A stretch of 63,421 nt of DNA, the filler included, from Licmophora abbreviata (Eukaryota): assembly GCA_900291995.1 (NCBI GenBank). It is 8 parts of 8 records of this genome, joined end to end, with 100 filler letters (N's around TTAATTAATTAA, not from the genome) between each part and the next. Parts side by side here need not be neighbours in the genome. Positions count along the whole stretch, not along the records: positions 27,618 to 45,440 come from OLMU01001943.1; 7 more parts are not named here. One strand, written 5' to 3'. Position 1 is the first letter of the stretch. Each line of letters begins with the position of its first letter. Positions 33,201 to 44,976 of the stretch are shown piece by piece. Below the pieces are notes generated by a model. The model was given only the letters and a program-made list of their open reading frames with translations, had not been told where the DNA came from and did not search any database. Both the position numbers and the translations under genes were made by a program.

Positions 33201-35649
33201 GGAAGAAATTATGGAAGCGTACAAAAGGCGCCGATTTCATGGCATTGATACGGCTGCCCTCTGCGTCGCGCTAACTGGAGTGCGAGCTGCGCGTACTCGG
33301 GATTCTGCTTGGACGAAGGCTACCATCGCGATTCTGGAGAAGTCTTTGTTGGGCGAAGGTGGCGAATCGACAGCAGGTTTATGCTATGGTTTGGCTTTGA
33401 TTGCCCAGTCGTTACTGTTTGAGAAGCAAGATTCGTCGGGCGAGCCTCTGGCGGAAGTAGCGTATCTTGCGCATATTGTGTCCCTCATGGTCGAACAGCT
33501 CAACTCCAGCATTTTTTCAAACTCGCAAGCAGTGGCAACATTCGCAGTCCATTTGAAGAGCGGAAAGGGGGCGTCAGATCTGGAAGAGTCGCTGTCAAGG
33601 ATGAGCGATGTTAATCTCCAAGATATCCCAGACACAATGATAACAAAAGCGAGGTCATCCTTGCTTGGGCTGTCTGTCTGCGCGACTGCGATTTCAAAAC
33701 TGGACCGAGACTTGCAGAGGGGCATATTCACTTTGTTGACAAAAGTTCCGTGGGGAGCCGGGAAAGGTATCGCGATCGCGAATGCCTTTGTGGCGTTTAG
33801 GACTACAGGCGTATTGGATCAGAGTGACGAGGCCGAGCTCCTCCGGTTATTGAGCATCTTCAACGAAGGCAGTGACGTCAACATGGAAGAATCAGAAGAT
33901 GCCCATGCTACTTTTGCGATGCTTCGTTCTCATGGACAGGTGAAAGAAGACGTGGAATTCATTCAAGGTACTCCTCTGCTAGCGTCAGCGGTATCGATTG
34001 CTTCCTTTCCATGCTTGGGAGTTGGTGAGCCACTGTTCTTTTTGCAAGGATTCTTGCTTCCTCAAATAACAAATGATGATGCCGCGTCTGCCATGGCGAC
34101 GATTAAGGCGTATGCTACCTCTTCTGTAAGCGAGAAGCGACTTCTGGCAACCGTGATTCTTGGCTATTTGGCGTCCCTGAAACAACTTTCGGCGTCAAAG
34201 CCGACTAGAGCTTCTACAGTGCTTGAGCAACGGGGAGCCGTATCAGGCGGTTCAGATTTACCGTCGGTCATATCGAGAGCAAATTTGTCATTTAGATCTC
34301 TTCCGTCAGCACAGCCTGGTACAGTCCTCGCTGACATTCTCGATACAGTGACGATGCTGGGCGAGCGTCAAAATGTCGAACTCGACTCTGTGATACGATG
34401 CCTGGAAACGCTTTCACTTCCAAACGAGTTCGCACACGAATTGCTAGAGCCGCTTATCAATTGCCCCGAAGAAAGCATGAAGAGGACAGGAGCATCTCTA
34501 CTGGTTTCACAGTTCAGAGGGCGGCGACGCGCTGCGTTCGACGGACGTGAGTTCGTCAAACTCGCCGTGCGATATGCGCGGATAGCACCTTCGTCATTTG
34601 CCAGTCTTTTCGGGACGAGAGACGCAAAGCTAACCTTTGTATCATCACTGGACAAGCTTTTACTGAAAATTTCGGGAGATTCTGTGACCGGCGTGCTATC
34701 TGGGCTGTGGAAGAACAGTCAAGCGGCCCCCTCAAGTGCCGTGGCTTACTTCTCTGCCCTTGGGCGGCTTCTCGGCTCTACCAACGACATTCCTTTGCGC
34801 AAGCGTGTCCTTCCTCCTCGGACGATGACTCTCGTTGTTGAGTTCTTGGTGCACGATGTTATCAAATCCTTGTCAGCAGAAGACGTTGCGAGCGGCTCAC
34901 GGGTTCTGGAAGAATATGTCTCTTGTCTCAGAAGCATTCCGATACACATACTCGAAGGCCGCCGTTTCTTCTTTCTTGATGAATCTACGAGTGGAGAATA
35001 TTCGATGTATAAACAAGCGTACTGTGCCACGAGACTGTGCGGTCTCAAGTATTGTGAGCACCCTGATCAAGTCTCGACGGAAGTCGCTCGTGCGGTGTCT
35101 TGGTTTGTCCGGCAGCGTGCCACGTTAGAAGAACTGCCCCCAGTCGCTCTCCGCCACCTTGCCATTTCGATCTCAATTGCCGCCGGTGTGGAGCTACCTG
35201 GGAAAAAGAAGGACGCTCTGATGCTTTTGTTGGAGGCATTGCACCTTCAGGGACCTGATTCTTTCTCGATGGAGCTCGTTTCTATGATGTTAGGAGTTTT
35301 TTCTGTTTCGCAAAGGAGAGCTTTTGATTCAGAGCTGCTGACAACGCCACTATTTCGTGGAATCTGCATCTCTCAACAAGTCTTTCTTCGGGGCGTCTGT
35401 GATCTGTCGATATTGATGCTTCAAGACCTGCCAGTGAATGCCGGTGCATACTGCCACGAGGCGCAGGTGTCGGGTTTGGTGCTGAACCGAGTATGGCGAA
35501 TACACAAAGCATGGTCTGATGACACTAAACCTGTGACTGAATTGGTCCAAGCACTTAATAGGATTGCCGTACGAGCTCGCGTGGGAGACGTGGCCGAGGA
35601 GGCGTACATGTCCCTGGCAGCCTCAAGACTGACAAGAAGTGAAGAGTGA
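30211..35649 (+). CDS. Large single-exon helical-repeat protein, focadhesin/RST1 (DUF3730)-like
   Basis: About 1810 aa, Leu/Ala-rich; IRLAVAATIHDL...AILSLHWLVVAQELDFGLVIKVL resembles the DUF3730 pattern. Family assignment is tentative. Confidence 0.55.
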   Translation: MMASTGGESSAADAESQVDGILRRLTKQCSSSAESSVHQPPNEASASLGRRLAHGVNSILVLDSAGVKLDEEKLLTTLCQSHINPATCHVFFENLEGHPSLLDRLSRWILRCEELVLHEGTSLHHSALSGAIQAFARVLSSDCQMEGFNDSTVLSTFHRLQTSTCRLGMLRECTSRAFTSVPFLVPSMVSPLMAACVLTLTVSNEERMIFLQSVWFETWRRIRASRHGSSNDAIALLHWLATSLHLFRQGIAGEARDKRPISTELANHWQMELIDMAEFVVETLREIDDDNGAQTSRFRKLLSFILESVLPGWLSLSHGSLASTILQLVRITKKCNPTIVVSRRIFVRLAVDAMTTPMMTDTNALLTLLVVVGNCRDKFIRGIMHSLACIYASDSLCEKASKDLMYLSCLDDPTDHYEVPENPKGIVDLFQTDDDVERILESMNCSLENLPLTELTPQDQVAALLIGTALLHASPGRKECVQQYLQIVTLRYPHLGVSLLPIVLWSVHTASIEQKGHLVQENLEFLCSAIVHEPHCAQEVWNLVGIGMIHTNQRISARTSAIRLFPLLCAQNKRLYRRIVDTLGIFVDHKDAQIRLAVAATIHDLAREDHIRDISDVIGWLQAFLNDEEHSVVHYAILSLHWLVVAQELDFGLVIKVLRKRLCVLSDAAELMKLPGTVLEALALLLGDGECGDENSGSEDERDSRLSPETVSPQVSAAVSALIEIVERTSHSADNSPREQIRRLRRNSYKALRNYSLKALGVDEDGVRAAIAGAMPGDDVVGSPVSDGIIRYETLRRVIREGFLRSPSFDGSIDNSPITELARKLVSFEEEVMGVSLWQKRKGTRSNSKRTKNPPKAAVATLPELDAVQALYRDDPSSVTALSVLLCFEGLSMNDLFDIASDMSRTSWQPVLVPFVVQGWLKAMERIWSNVTVSKNQSMRDSIDSIIEEARSWVDTLGTVDAGYLALAAMSLYIPDTYSVGEEAVIIQLSGSIIAIREEIMEAYKRRRFHGIDTAALCVALTGVRAARTRDSAWTKATIAILEKSLLGEGGESTAGLCYGLALIAQSLLFEKQDSSGEPLAEVAYLAHIVSLMVEQLNSSIFSNSQAVATFAVHLKSGKGASDLEESLSRMSDVNLQDIPDTMITKARSSLLGLSVCATAISKLDRDLQRGIFTLLTKVPWGAGKGIAIANAFVAFRTTGVLDQSDEAELLRLLSIFNEGSDVNMEESEDAHATFAMLRSHGQVKEDVEFIQGTPLLASAVSIASFPCLGVGEPLFFLQGFLLPQITNDDAASAMATIKAYATSSVSEKRLLATVILGYLASLKQLSASKPTRASTVLEQRGAVSGGSDLPSVISRANLSFRSLPSAQPGTVLADILDTVTMLGERQNVELDSVIRCLETLSLPNEFAHELLEPLINCPEESMKRTGASLLVSQFRGRRRAAFDGREFVKLAVRYARIAPSSFASLFGTRDAKLTFVSSLDKLLLKISGDSVTGVLSGLWKNSQAAPSSAVAYFSALGRLLGSTNDIPLRKRVLPPRTMTLVVEFLVHDVIKSLSAEDVASGSRVLEEYVSCLRSIPIHILEGRRFFFLDESTSGEYSMYKQAYCATRLCGLKYCEHPDQVSTEVARAVSWFVRQRATLEELPPVALRHLAISISIAAGVELPGKKKDALMLLLEALHLQGPDSFSMELVSMMLGVFSVSQRRAFDSELLTTPLFRGICISQQVFLRGVCDLSILMLQDLPVNAGAYCHEAQVSGLVLNRVWRIHKAWSDDTKPVTELVQALNRIAVRARVGDVAEEAYMSLAASRLTRSEE

Positions 35650-35811
35650 CTCAATACGAATTTCGGAAAGGTAATGACGGAGAGTAGGTAGACACTGCGA
35701 CTCGGGTCTGGACGGGCCCTTTTGTCGTCCTCCATTGGTTTGATGCATTACCTGGTGTGTGAACATGACGATTTGAAGTGTTCCTTTGCTTTTTCCACAT
35801 TTACACTGAAC

Positions 35812-37329
35812 TTAGCTTAGCAGAGAGTATCGTATTCTTACAAAAGCGTCCGTCAGTTCTTCGACCTGTTTGTCGAGCATTTCAGAATCACCGTCAGCGT
35901 ACAACTCGCTTCCAAAAAAGGAGAAATCTTTTATGCAGGATGTGCCATTCTGGTTCATCAGCTTCGAAATGATGCAGTCAGTGACGGTCCGGTAAAAGAT
36001 AAGAGTGCGATGCTCCGAGCTTATGAGTATCCTAGCGAATCGTTCGATGTCCGAGTTTTCAGTAGCCTCCCGGCGAGGAAGCGAGTATCGAGACAACGCT
36101 TTTGCCACAGAATCCTTAAATGCAGTCATGGCTCTTACTTCTGCTTCAATATTGGCCTTCTCTTCAAAAATCTCGTCTTCTTCATCTTGCTCGTCGTCTC
36201 CCCAGCCCCCGCACTCGTCCTGGTCGCATTCATTCAAGAAGGCCTCCATATCGTCCTCGTGGCTATCACCTACCAGACAGACCTGCTGTTCTTCGGGTGC
36301 TCCTTCATGAAAACGTTCAAGCGCTTTGACAAATCCTCCAAACGAGTACGATTTTGGCCCTGTTCGAAGCTCTACAGGAGGCAGGTCGGTGTGAAGTTGG
36401 AACTCGAACACATCGTTGGAAGATCCGTCTGGCTCGATATTGTTCCTGATACAAAACCCATAGTTGAATAAGAGCTGCGCATTCCCACGAGCACCATACG
36501 TTATACGAAGGGTATCATTCACTTTGAGATCCATGTGCGCTCGCACGACGATTGCCGCTCCTTCTACCTTGTACGAAAGATTCTTTTCTACGTCGCGGCC
36601 CCGATGGTGGTTGCACAGGTCCAAAAGCGGTACCATGGCAATATCGCCATCCAGACAGTCGGCACTTGCCACACCCGAAAAGGCGCGCGAGGTAACAGCT
36701 GCCATCATGTCGTCGATTGTTGACAAGGGTGGAAACGGCGGGTACGCATCAGGACCTGCAGTACTTGTCCAAGCTTTGCGAAGTCTCTCAAATTCATCCT
36801 GGAGGGCCAACTGGCTCTTCCGCACCCGATCGAGTAGGCAGGATCCTGTCAGTAAGTCAGTGAGATTCCGTTCACTCCACCTTCGTGGCAGCGCGTCGAA
36901 TTCCGAACTACTTGGCAAAGTATCTAGGTAGGCCCGAGCCCTGAGAGGCCCCGCCTCATTTTCTTTCTTGACCACGTGCAGAAATGCAAGATAGAGAGCT
37001 ACCAATAGATCCTGTTCAGCGTTGTGGATCTCTCGCTCCGAAGACACTGCTCGAATCAAAGTGGCTAATTTCTTTCCAAGAGGAGTCGCTTCGACAGTCT
37101 CTCTGGACACCACACATGTGGAAGTTGGAATCTTCATCAAGACTGTATCTTTCGGTAGATCTTTCCTCAACTGGGGTTCTCGATACGACGAGCCAATGGA
37201 CATGGCGATGGAAGAGTGGACCATGCCACCGTTCTCTTCAATCCATTTCACAGCTTCTGTCCACCAGGAGGGCGGAGGGGCGTGTGAATCATCGGCGTCG
37301 TCATCCAGAGGTCGCTTCATCGTCGACAT
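35812..37329 (-). CDS. SET-domain lysine methyltransferase, Rubisco-LSMT-like class
   Basis: VTSRAF, MVPLLDLCNH, ITYG..NAQLLFNYGF. Confidence 0.88.
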   Translation of the reverse strand: MSTMKRPLDDDADDSHAPPPSWWTEAVKWIEENGGMVHSSIAMSIGSSYREPQLRKDLPKDTVLMKIPTSTCVVSRETVEATPLGKKLATLIRAVSSEREIHNAEQDLLVALYLAFLHVVKKENEAGPLRARAYLDTLPSSSEFDALPRRWSERNLTDLLTGSCLLDRVRKSQLALQDEFERLRKAWTSTAGPDAYPPFPPLSTIDDMMAAVTSRAFSGVASADCLDGDIAMVPLLDLCNHHRGRDVEKNLSYKVEGAAIVVRAHMDLKVNDTLRITYGARGNAQLLFNYGFCIRNNIEPDGSSNDVFEFQLHTDLPPVELRTGPKSYSFGGFVKALERFHEGAPEEQQVCLVGDSHEDDMEAFLNECDQDECGGWGDDEQDEEDEIFEEKANIEAEVRAMTAFKDSVAKALSRYSLPRREATENSDIERFARILISSEHRTLIFYRTVTDCIISKLMNQNGTSCIKDFSFFGSELYADGDSEMLDKQVEELTDAFVRIRYSLLS

Positions 37330-37752
37330 GTCCAAATGTGTATGGGCGACGAGTTCCGGTTTTGTATGATAGGGTCGGCGCTCCGGATTTTTCTGAGCGA
37401 CGCCCGAAGGACGGACTTAACTACAAACTCGTGACTGTGAAGTTGAGTCACGTATGTCGTCACACCTGGCATCTGTCAACGGAGATGCGAAGCGGATCTT
37501 CGATTTCTGACACCATGAGAACATTCCATGAAGATCACAGTTGACGGCAACGGAGATCCACCGAAGTCACACCTCACTGGTATATTTGTCCTCAGTGCTA
37601 GTCTGCTACGAAGTAGAAAGAAAGGTAGGTTGGATAGAAGCTGATGACTCGCAAAGTGATTTTCCAGCCGAATTCTATGATGTCCATTCGAAAGAGTTTC
37701 TCACTTCGAAAGATACCTTTTTCTTTGTACACTGCTTCATCATGGAAAAGAC

Positions 37753-38079
37753 ATGCCAGTCGAAGAACTTATTTACGATAGCGAAGGCGGGACTGCCTTC
37801 CTCATTATGGTGAATGCCGGCGAATTCGATCAATACAAGAGCGATGCCAGCAGTATTGCCGTGGCAGACGTGGTCAATTCATTCTCGGTCTTCCGGTTCG
37901 ATCAAGGCCACGAGGGTAAGCAAAGCACGCCATCGAATCGAGAACTCAAAGATACATTTGGTAGTACGAACGACATGGCGATTGCGGAAATCATGCTGAA
38001 AAAGGTCAGCTGCGTGCATCTTACAAGAAGAAGACGCGTAAGGTTGCAGAACCGGAGGGAGATCCTCGCGGACACATGA
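37753..38079 (+). CDS. Stand-alone SBDS N-terminal (FYSH) domain protein, Rtc3-like; 3' end uncertain, probable intron from 38005
   Basis: DVVNSFSVF...GHEG...PSNRELKDTFGSTND..IAEIMLKK. Confidence 0.7.
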   Translation: MPVEELIYDSEGGTAFLIMVNAGEFDQYKSDASSIAVADVVNSFSVFRFDQGHEGKQSTPSNRELKDTFGSTNDMAIAEIMLKKVSCVHLTRRRRVRLQNRREILADT

Positions 38080-38227
38080 TGTAAGGGAGAGAGCATGAAG
38101 AGGGCAGTGCGAGGATACATACATTGTCAATCCTTAGAAGTATGGACAAGAGTCTCGGATAGGTCCAAGAAACTAAAGCTTCAGTTTGTATTATCAGCAT
38201 TTTGTATTATCAGCCTTCAATCAAGTC

Positions 38228-41200
38228 CTACTTTGCATTCGATCGCCGCGCATTGCGCTTTGCGTTTAAGACACGCTGTGTACGTGCCGTCACACTCCGT
38301 TCCACCGATGCACTCGTGTCGTACTCATTGCGATGTCCCTGATGTGCAATTGCCTGAGAGCGTCGTTGGGCTGCCGACTCGGAGGCAGCCGCTTGGGCGG
38401 CTTCCTGGGTCGCCGACCGTGTGTCCGGATTGACAAATCCTCCAAACACCCGGCGGCCGGGCATGGTGTCCTGTCGTGTCTCGGGAGAAGTATCCTGGTG
38501 TTGATCGACTGCCGTCTTCTTGATACGCTTCCGAATAGGGGCGTCTCTAAGGATCGGATCGATTCGAAGGGACGACAGCTTGTGGTAGATAGAGGCTTGG
38601 GTGCTTGGGCTCCTTGATCCCTTCGCATCGGTCAAACCCGACTGCGCTACTAGCTTTTCTGCTCTGGAACTCGTAATCATGCTCGATACAACCTTTTCTT
38701 GGGGCGCACGAGAAAACTTGACTGGAGTCGACGATAGCATGTGCAGACGTGGTGGCGGAATCCGAGCCCGAACATCAGAAAAGTCGCACGATAGCTGAAC
38801 TGTGAGGACATCCAGTGTCCGGAAGATACAAGGCTTCGATGACCCTGATATCTTGATCTCCAGAGTGTTGGTGCCATTGGGGGACTCCTTGAGCTCGCAT
38901 GTTCCAGCTGGAAATCGCCTGTATCCAGGAACAGTAGTGAATCCAAGGGTTGGATCGAACCCCGCGTCGGCTGGAAGCCCCATGAAAGCAGGGTCGATTT
39001 GGACGTCGCCACCTCGATCGCACACGTAGACGGGGCCCTTCAAATCAAACTTGGGAACATAAACAAGGAGGCCGTTGATTCGCACATCAGTCACGACAGC
39101 GTGGGTGACTTCGACGTGATCTCGAAAGAACAGAGACAAAAAGAGGTTCTGGCAGTCCATGGACGAAAGCTTGGACAAACGATTCTGCTGGTTAAGCCCA
39201 TTGCATATTCGTTCCACCTCAGTGCCCTCGTATGGGGCGATCTCGGAGAAGTTCGCTTCAGCAGTATTTTCCAAAACGTCTGCAGAAGGAACAGGTTCAG
39301 GAGTAGTCCCTGTCGTTCCCAGCGCCAGTTGTGCCGCGCTTTCAATCAACGAGTCAAGAAAGTCATCTGCCTCGTCGCCATCTGGGTCATTCAGTCCACC
39401 TCCATTGAGCACAGAAATGGTCGCTGAATCGGGGAGAGTCAAAAGTGTAGGTCTCGCAACTGCCACCTCCTGGGTATTGTGGTGAACGTCATTTTCGCTC
39501 GATAGTGCCGTCAGTAGCTGCTTGTGCACCACGACATCCGCATATCGTCGAATCGGAGAGGTGAAGTGCGTGTACTTGCCAATACCCAGGCCATAGTGGG
39601 AAAGTCCATCTTCTCCTTTGCTTCCTGTACAAACGTAAAGTGCCTCTGACATGGCTCTTTCACGAGAATACACCATCATTAGACTATGGACAGCGGTGGT
39701 ATGAAAAACAACCTGTACTGAGAGTCTTACCGTGTTGCCAGCGACTGCCACAAGGAGTTGACCACAGCACCGCCCTTTCCCCCCTGTCTTGCAGTAGACA
39801 GAGACTTGGCAAGGGACATGTTGCTGCTTCCATCGAAATTGATACCACCCGCCTTCAGTGCATTCTCCAGATCATCAAATCGACTGTGGTCCACAGTACG
39901 GTGAATTCGCAGCAGCGACGATTCCGGAAAGCTATTGTATATCTTTTCTGCGACGTAGCGGTTGGCGAAAATCATCATCTCCGCAATCGTGTGATGTATC
40001 TCTTTTTCCTGCTTGGACGAAACTCTCGTTGGATTGCCATCCTTGTCGAGGTCAAACTTCAGCTCGGACCCGAGATCACCACTCGAAAGATCAACAGCGC
40101 CACCAATCTCCTCCCGGTCCCGTCGCAATTTGCGAGCAAGATTCTGCAAGATGGCGAGATCAGCTTTTAATTCTGGAATGTTCCCTGGCTCGACTGGTGC
40201 ACCGGCCGTCAACGGCGGAGGCGGGGCTGCCGCTTGATCGTCTGGCGGTTGGTCATGTAGAATGTTGTGTGCTTGCCCGTACGTCATGGCTGAATGCGGA
40301 AACAAAAGACAAATGAGTGTGAGCAGACGCTTACAGTACACACCCGCAAAAGCTCAATCGACGTGCTCACCTTGGCAGCTGTGGATGATGCTTCGACCAT
40401 ACCAGCACGTCTTCACTTCCTCAAAATCTGGGGATAAAGTCCAGATCACAGAGACAGCTAGACGATCCTTGCCACCATGAAGCGAACATAGATCTGCATA
40501 ACGACACGGGGAGTAGTACAAGCAGCGTATCAGCACACCAGCGGTTCGTTGACTTGTTGCGCTTCGACATATATTGGACTTACCCGAGCTCAGTACAGAC
40601 GGTAGCATGTCAAATCGACGGTCCACCAAGTAAAATGTGGTGCCTCGAACTTGTGCCTCCTTATCGAGCGAGGATTTATGCGGAACAAAGTAAGTCACAT
40701 CGGCAATGTGCACTCCGACCTCGACATCGCCATTGGGCAAGACCTTGGCATGCATCGTATCATCTATATCCTGACATCCGGGAGGGTCAACACTGAAGAT
40801 CCGATGGGAGTGTCGAAGATCGCGCCTAGACTTGATTTCCTCTCGTGGGATTTGCCACTCGCTACCTGCGGGCGGGAGTAACGCAAGTGCTCTGGCACTG
40901 AAGGGCTCGAGATCAATTTCATGTTCATACAAGAGGCAAGCAATCTGGAGCATTCAAAACGCATGAGTAAGCTTGAAAACGGAGAGGCCAAGGGAAGCAG
41001 ATGATATGTCACTCGGTCATACCTCGGTCTCCAAATCACCAATCGTCCCCAACGACCTGACAAAGTGACCGCTCGGATAGTTGGATCCAACCTCCCAGTC
41101 GTCGACACCAATCAACAGTCTCTGGTTCACAAACCTTTTCCAATCACGAGTCTTTATTCGTATCTTTGGTATTCGTACATCCATGGGAATCACCAAAAGA

Positions 41201-42456
41201 GAACGCTCGTTCGCAGCGAGGGGTTGATCGACCATGGTTGCCACAAAGGTACGACGGGATGGTCGCTTGATGGCGATGACGCGACCCGACGGCACCGAGG
41301 GACCATCCATGTCACTACTCGACCGTTGCCTGTCGTCGTCGTCGTCATTATCATGTGCCCGCGGATGAACCAGTCGTCGTCGACCTACTGGACGACCCCA
41401 TTGGGATTCTGGGAGAGGCTCAATTATTACCATGTCGTGATGGAATGCGCGTTGGAAATGTCCCAGTTGTCCATCCACAAAGAGTCGATCCCCATTCCAT
41501 GTCTTCACATAGGCTTCCTTCACGTTGGCTTTGGTCACTTCCAGTCTGCCTGCCAACAATTTTCCATTCCTCAGACCCTCTTGAATCATTTCCTCCGTCC
41601 AACGCTTTTCTTCCTTTATGTGTCTCGGCTCATCCTTTGGTGCATTGCGCAGCGCATACGTCTCTTCACAGAGCTTCTTCGTCTGTTGCAGATGGTAAAG
41701 TGCATCCGGAGAAAGATTGACCAGTCCGTTGAGGCTGTCCAAGAAGTCATCCACAGTCAGAATCACCTCACTGCTGTTCCTATTGATCTCGATCGGATGA
41801 GCTAAGTGTGCATGTTCTTCCTCGTTTGGAGCGCCATTGTCCACCAACAGAACAATTCTCAAAGTCTTGCTCGTTTTCGATATACTCGTTTGAAGCATTC
41901 TCCCCGCCCTCGTGAGCGCATGCCGACTTCGATCAACGACATTCATGGTTGGATAGGACAACACGTCCCATTCATCATCATCATCATCACTCTCCCGAAC
42001 GGACAAGTCACAGAATGGTACAACAGCTGCAGGATGACGATCAGAGCAAGAGTCACGCTCTTGTAGTAAGAGTGTCCGAATCCGATTCCGCTCGTAAGGT
42101 GCAGCCGTTTCAGGTTTCAGTAAGCACATATCTTCTTGTGTACCAATCGAAGGATACGCGTTCCTCCAATCCATGAGTTCCGCTGCACTCTCCAAGAGAA
42201 CAAATTGCAACAGATGTGTAGTTTGATTTTGACCAGCAAGATGGACAAGCAGATCCTGAATGAGTTTCAGATACTTGCGCCATACAATGCCGTCTGGAAG
42301 AATCAACATGTTTGTCCTTTCGTTGGCTGACACCATCCTCTTGGTCGTCCGGATGTATCGTTCTCGAACGCGCAATTTGCAGTCTTTGGAAAACTGACGA
42401 TACTTCCATACGGATGGAGGCTCATTGTCGTTGCTTTTCTGAGTCCTTGTACTCAT
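38228..42456 (-). CDS. DIS3/RRP44-family RNB exoribonuclease, 5 exons (introns 41022-40945, 40583-40494, 40370-40290, 39730-39657)
   Basis: SVDPPGCQDIDD catalytic motif, HIADV, RGTTFYL, EMMIFAN, HYGL..YTHFTSPIRRYAD; degenerate PIN-like N-terminus. Confidence 0.92.
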
Positions 42457-42752
42457 TCTTACGACCGACTGACTCTATAGATAAACATACAACAGAAACA
42501 GCCTCTAGAGAGAGGGCCCAGCAAAGACGACGGCTGATGCGTTCATCACGATGACACCCAAAAATCAAAATCAAACAAAAACGGAGTGTCTCTTACCAGC
42601 GAGCTCTTTCTGCTTGGTTTTCAATAGAGAGCTCGCAAAGCGAAAGATACTGTTTGTGCTTCGTGCGTTGGATTGATTCCATTCCATTCGCGTCCGTATC
42701 GCTTTCTACGGAAGTCTACGTGGTCATAAAAGAGGCATTGCCACACCGCGAA

Positions 42753-42772
42753 GTCGTCGTCGTCGTCGTCGT
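42753..42772 (+). repeat. (GTC)n microsatellite in a divergent promoter region
   Basis: GTCGTCGTCGTCGTCGTCGT. Confidence 0.85.
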
Positions 42773-42847
42773 TTGAGTCCTGAGAGTCGCTGCCTGCTGT
42801 GTCTGCTGCTGCTATAGCTGTGTATCAAAGTCAATTGCATCCTCACC

Positions 42848-44451
42848 ATGTCGAACAACATCAATGGGGGTGGCGGTCGAAGGAACATGATGTCGTCGGT
42901 GGACTTTTATCGTCACGTTCCTCGTGATTTGACCGAGGTACGTCTGTCTTCCGTTGAAGTCTACGTAATTCACTACCACACTAGTACTGCGGGACCATGG
43001 ACGACGACGACAACGAGGCTATCTATGTACATCTAGACCTCTCTAGAAGAAGCATCGCTCACCGCTCCCTGCTCTGTTTCTCACTCTAGGCCACTACACT
43101 GGGTGCCATCATGTCTGTCTGCGCCATGGCCGTCATGGGGATCCTCTTTCTCAGCGAGACGGCCGCCTTTGCCCGCACCAACCTTGCCACCTCCATTACG
43201 CTCGACGAAAACTCCCAGCCCCAATTGCGCGTCAATTTCAACATTACCCTCCTCGACCTCCACTGCGACTTTGTCAGCGTCGATGTCTGGGATGCGCTGG
43301 GGACGAATCGGCAGAATGTCACCAAGAATGTGGAAAAGTGGCAGCTCGATGAAGAGGGCAAGCGACGTATATTTGGAGGGCGGAATCGGGATGTGAGGGA
43401 AGTGCGGCATGACGATCACGATGAGGCGACCTTGGCGGAACTGGAAGAGGCGGGACCGCATGCGGTGGATCTAACGGCCCAGAACTTTGATTCCTTCTTG
43501 GAAGAGCATGATATGGCCTTTGTCGACATGTTTGCTCCCTGGTGTGTCTGGTGTCAGAGACTTGCTCCCACTTGGGAAAAGTTTGCTATGCAGGTCAAGC
43601 AGGAGGGTATGCCCCTGGGCGTGGGAAAGATTGATTGTGTTGCGAATGCTGACTTGTGTCGAAAGCAACGAGTCATGGCCTTTCCGACACTGCGATGGTT
43701 CCAGAACAAACAGCCCATTTCGCCCGACTACAAGATGGATCGGACGGTGCAGGCTCTCTTGGGATTTTCAAAGCGGAAATTAGAAATGGACGAAAAGTAC
43801 AAGGAGTGGGATAAGAAGGCTCGAGAAGCGGGAGACAGCGATTCCGCGGAAGCAGAACGCAAGCGCAGCTTGTATCAACAGAATCGTCCCGATCATCCCG
43901 GATGTCAAATCTCGGGACATCTCATGGTGAATCGTGTGCCGGGCAACTTTCACATTGAAGCGCGGTCCAAGAGTCACAATCTCAATGCAGCCATGACGAA
44001 TCTCTCGCATGTGGTCAATCACTTGAGCTTTGGAGAACCTGTCGATAGCAAGGCGCGAAAGGAAAAGAGGATATTGAAACAAGTTCCCGCGGAACACCGA
44101 CAGTTTGCTCCCATGGATGGATCCAAGTTTCCGACCTTCATGTACCATCGAGCCTACCATCATTATATCAAGGTCGTATCGACTCACTTGAATATGGGCA
44201 GCAGCGAGGCAAATAGTATGGTGGCTTACCAGTTCTTGGAACAGTCGCAGATTGTCAAGTACGATGAGGTGAATGTGCCAGAGGCGCGATTTTCCTACGA
44301 CTTGTCTCCCATGAGTGTGGTGGTTCAAAAGGAAGGACGCAAGTGGTACGACTACCTGACGTCGCTCTGTGCGATTATCGGAGGGACCTTTACGACGCTT
44401 GGATTGATTGACGCTACGCTGTACAAGGTCTTCAAGCCAAAAAAGTTGTAA
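42848..44451 (+). CDS. PDI-C / Erv41-Erv46-type ER-Golgi protein with thioredoxin domain (exons 42848-42937, 43090-44451)
   Basis: DFYRHVPRDLTE-AT, WCVWC, GCQISG..VPGNFHI, FSYDLSPM, LCAIIGG, C-terminal KKL. Confidence 0.92.
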
Positions 44452-44976
44452 TTGATGACGTGTAAACAAGAATGGGAGGATGGATCGGTGGAAAGTTCTC
44501 CGTAGTAGACGTGAAGGACGGAGGATAACGATAATTTTAGCACTAAATGACCATGTGCAAATCATTTTGGTGGATTCTCGTTGTCTTTAGAGGCATTGTC
44601 GGCAACGTCTTATCTCCGCGAGCATCGCTTTGCCTTGATCGCATGAACGGGATACAGCTCCAGTCTGCTCGCGCCAGGTGGCCTGTAGGAAGCGTAACCT
44701 TCTGCATGAGCGGCACGTAGGCCAATACAGGTCAATGGCACAACGATGTATAGAGCTATTCGATGCGACGAGACCTTTGGTCGTGCCGTAGTCCGAGAGA
44801 GGAAGAACGCAGTGCGAGCTTTTTTCGGCGCCGGAGAGCGCTCACGTTCCCGTGCGCTTCGTCGTCATTGCGCTGCGACCATGGCGTGGTGTTTTCACAA
44901 CAACGGCCGCTGCTACTCTTATCTTTTGGGTCCTAGTACAATTTGATTCTCTTGTTGCGAACCTAAACGAGCCACC

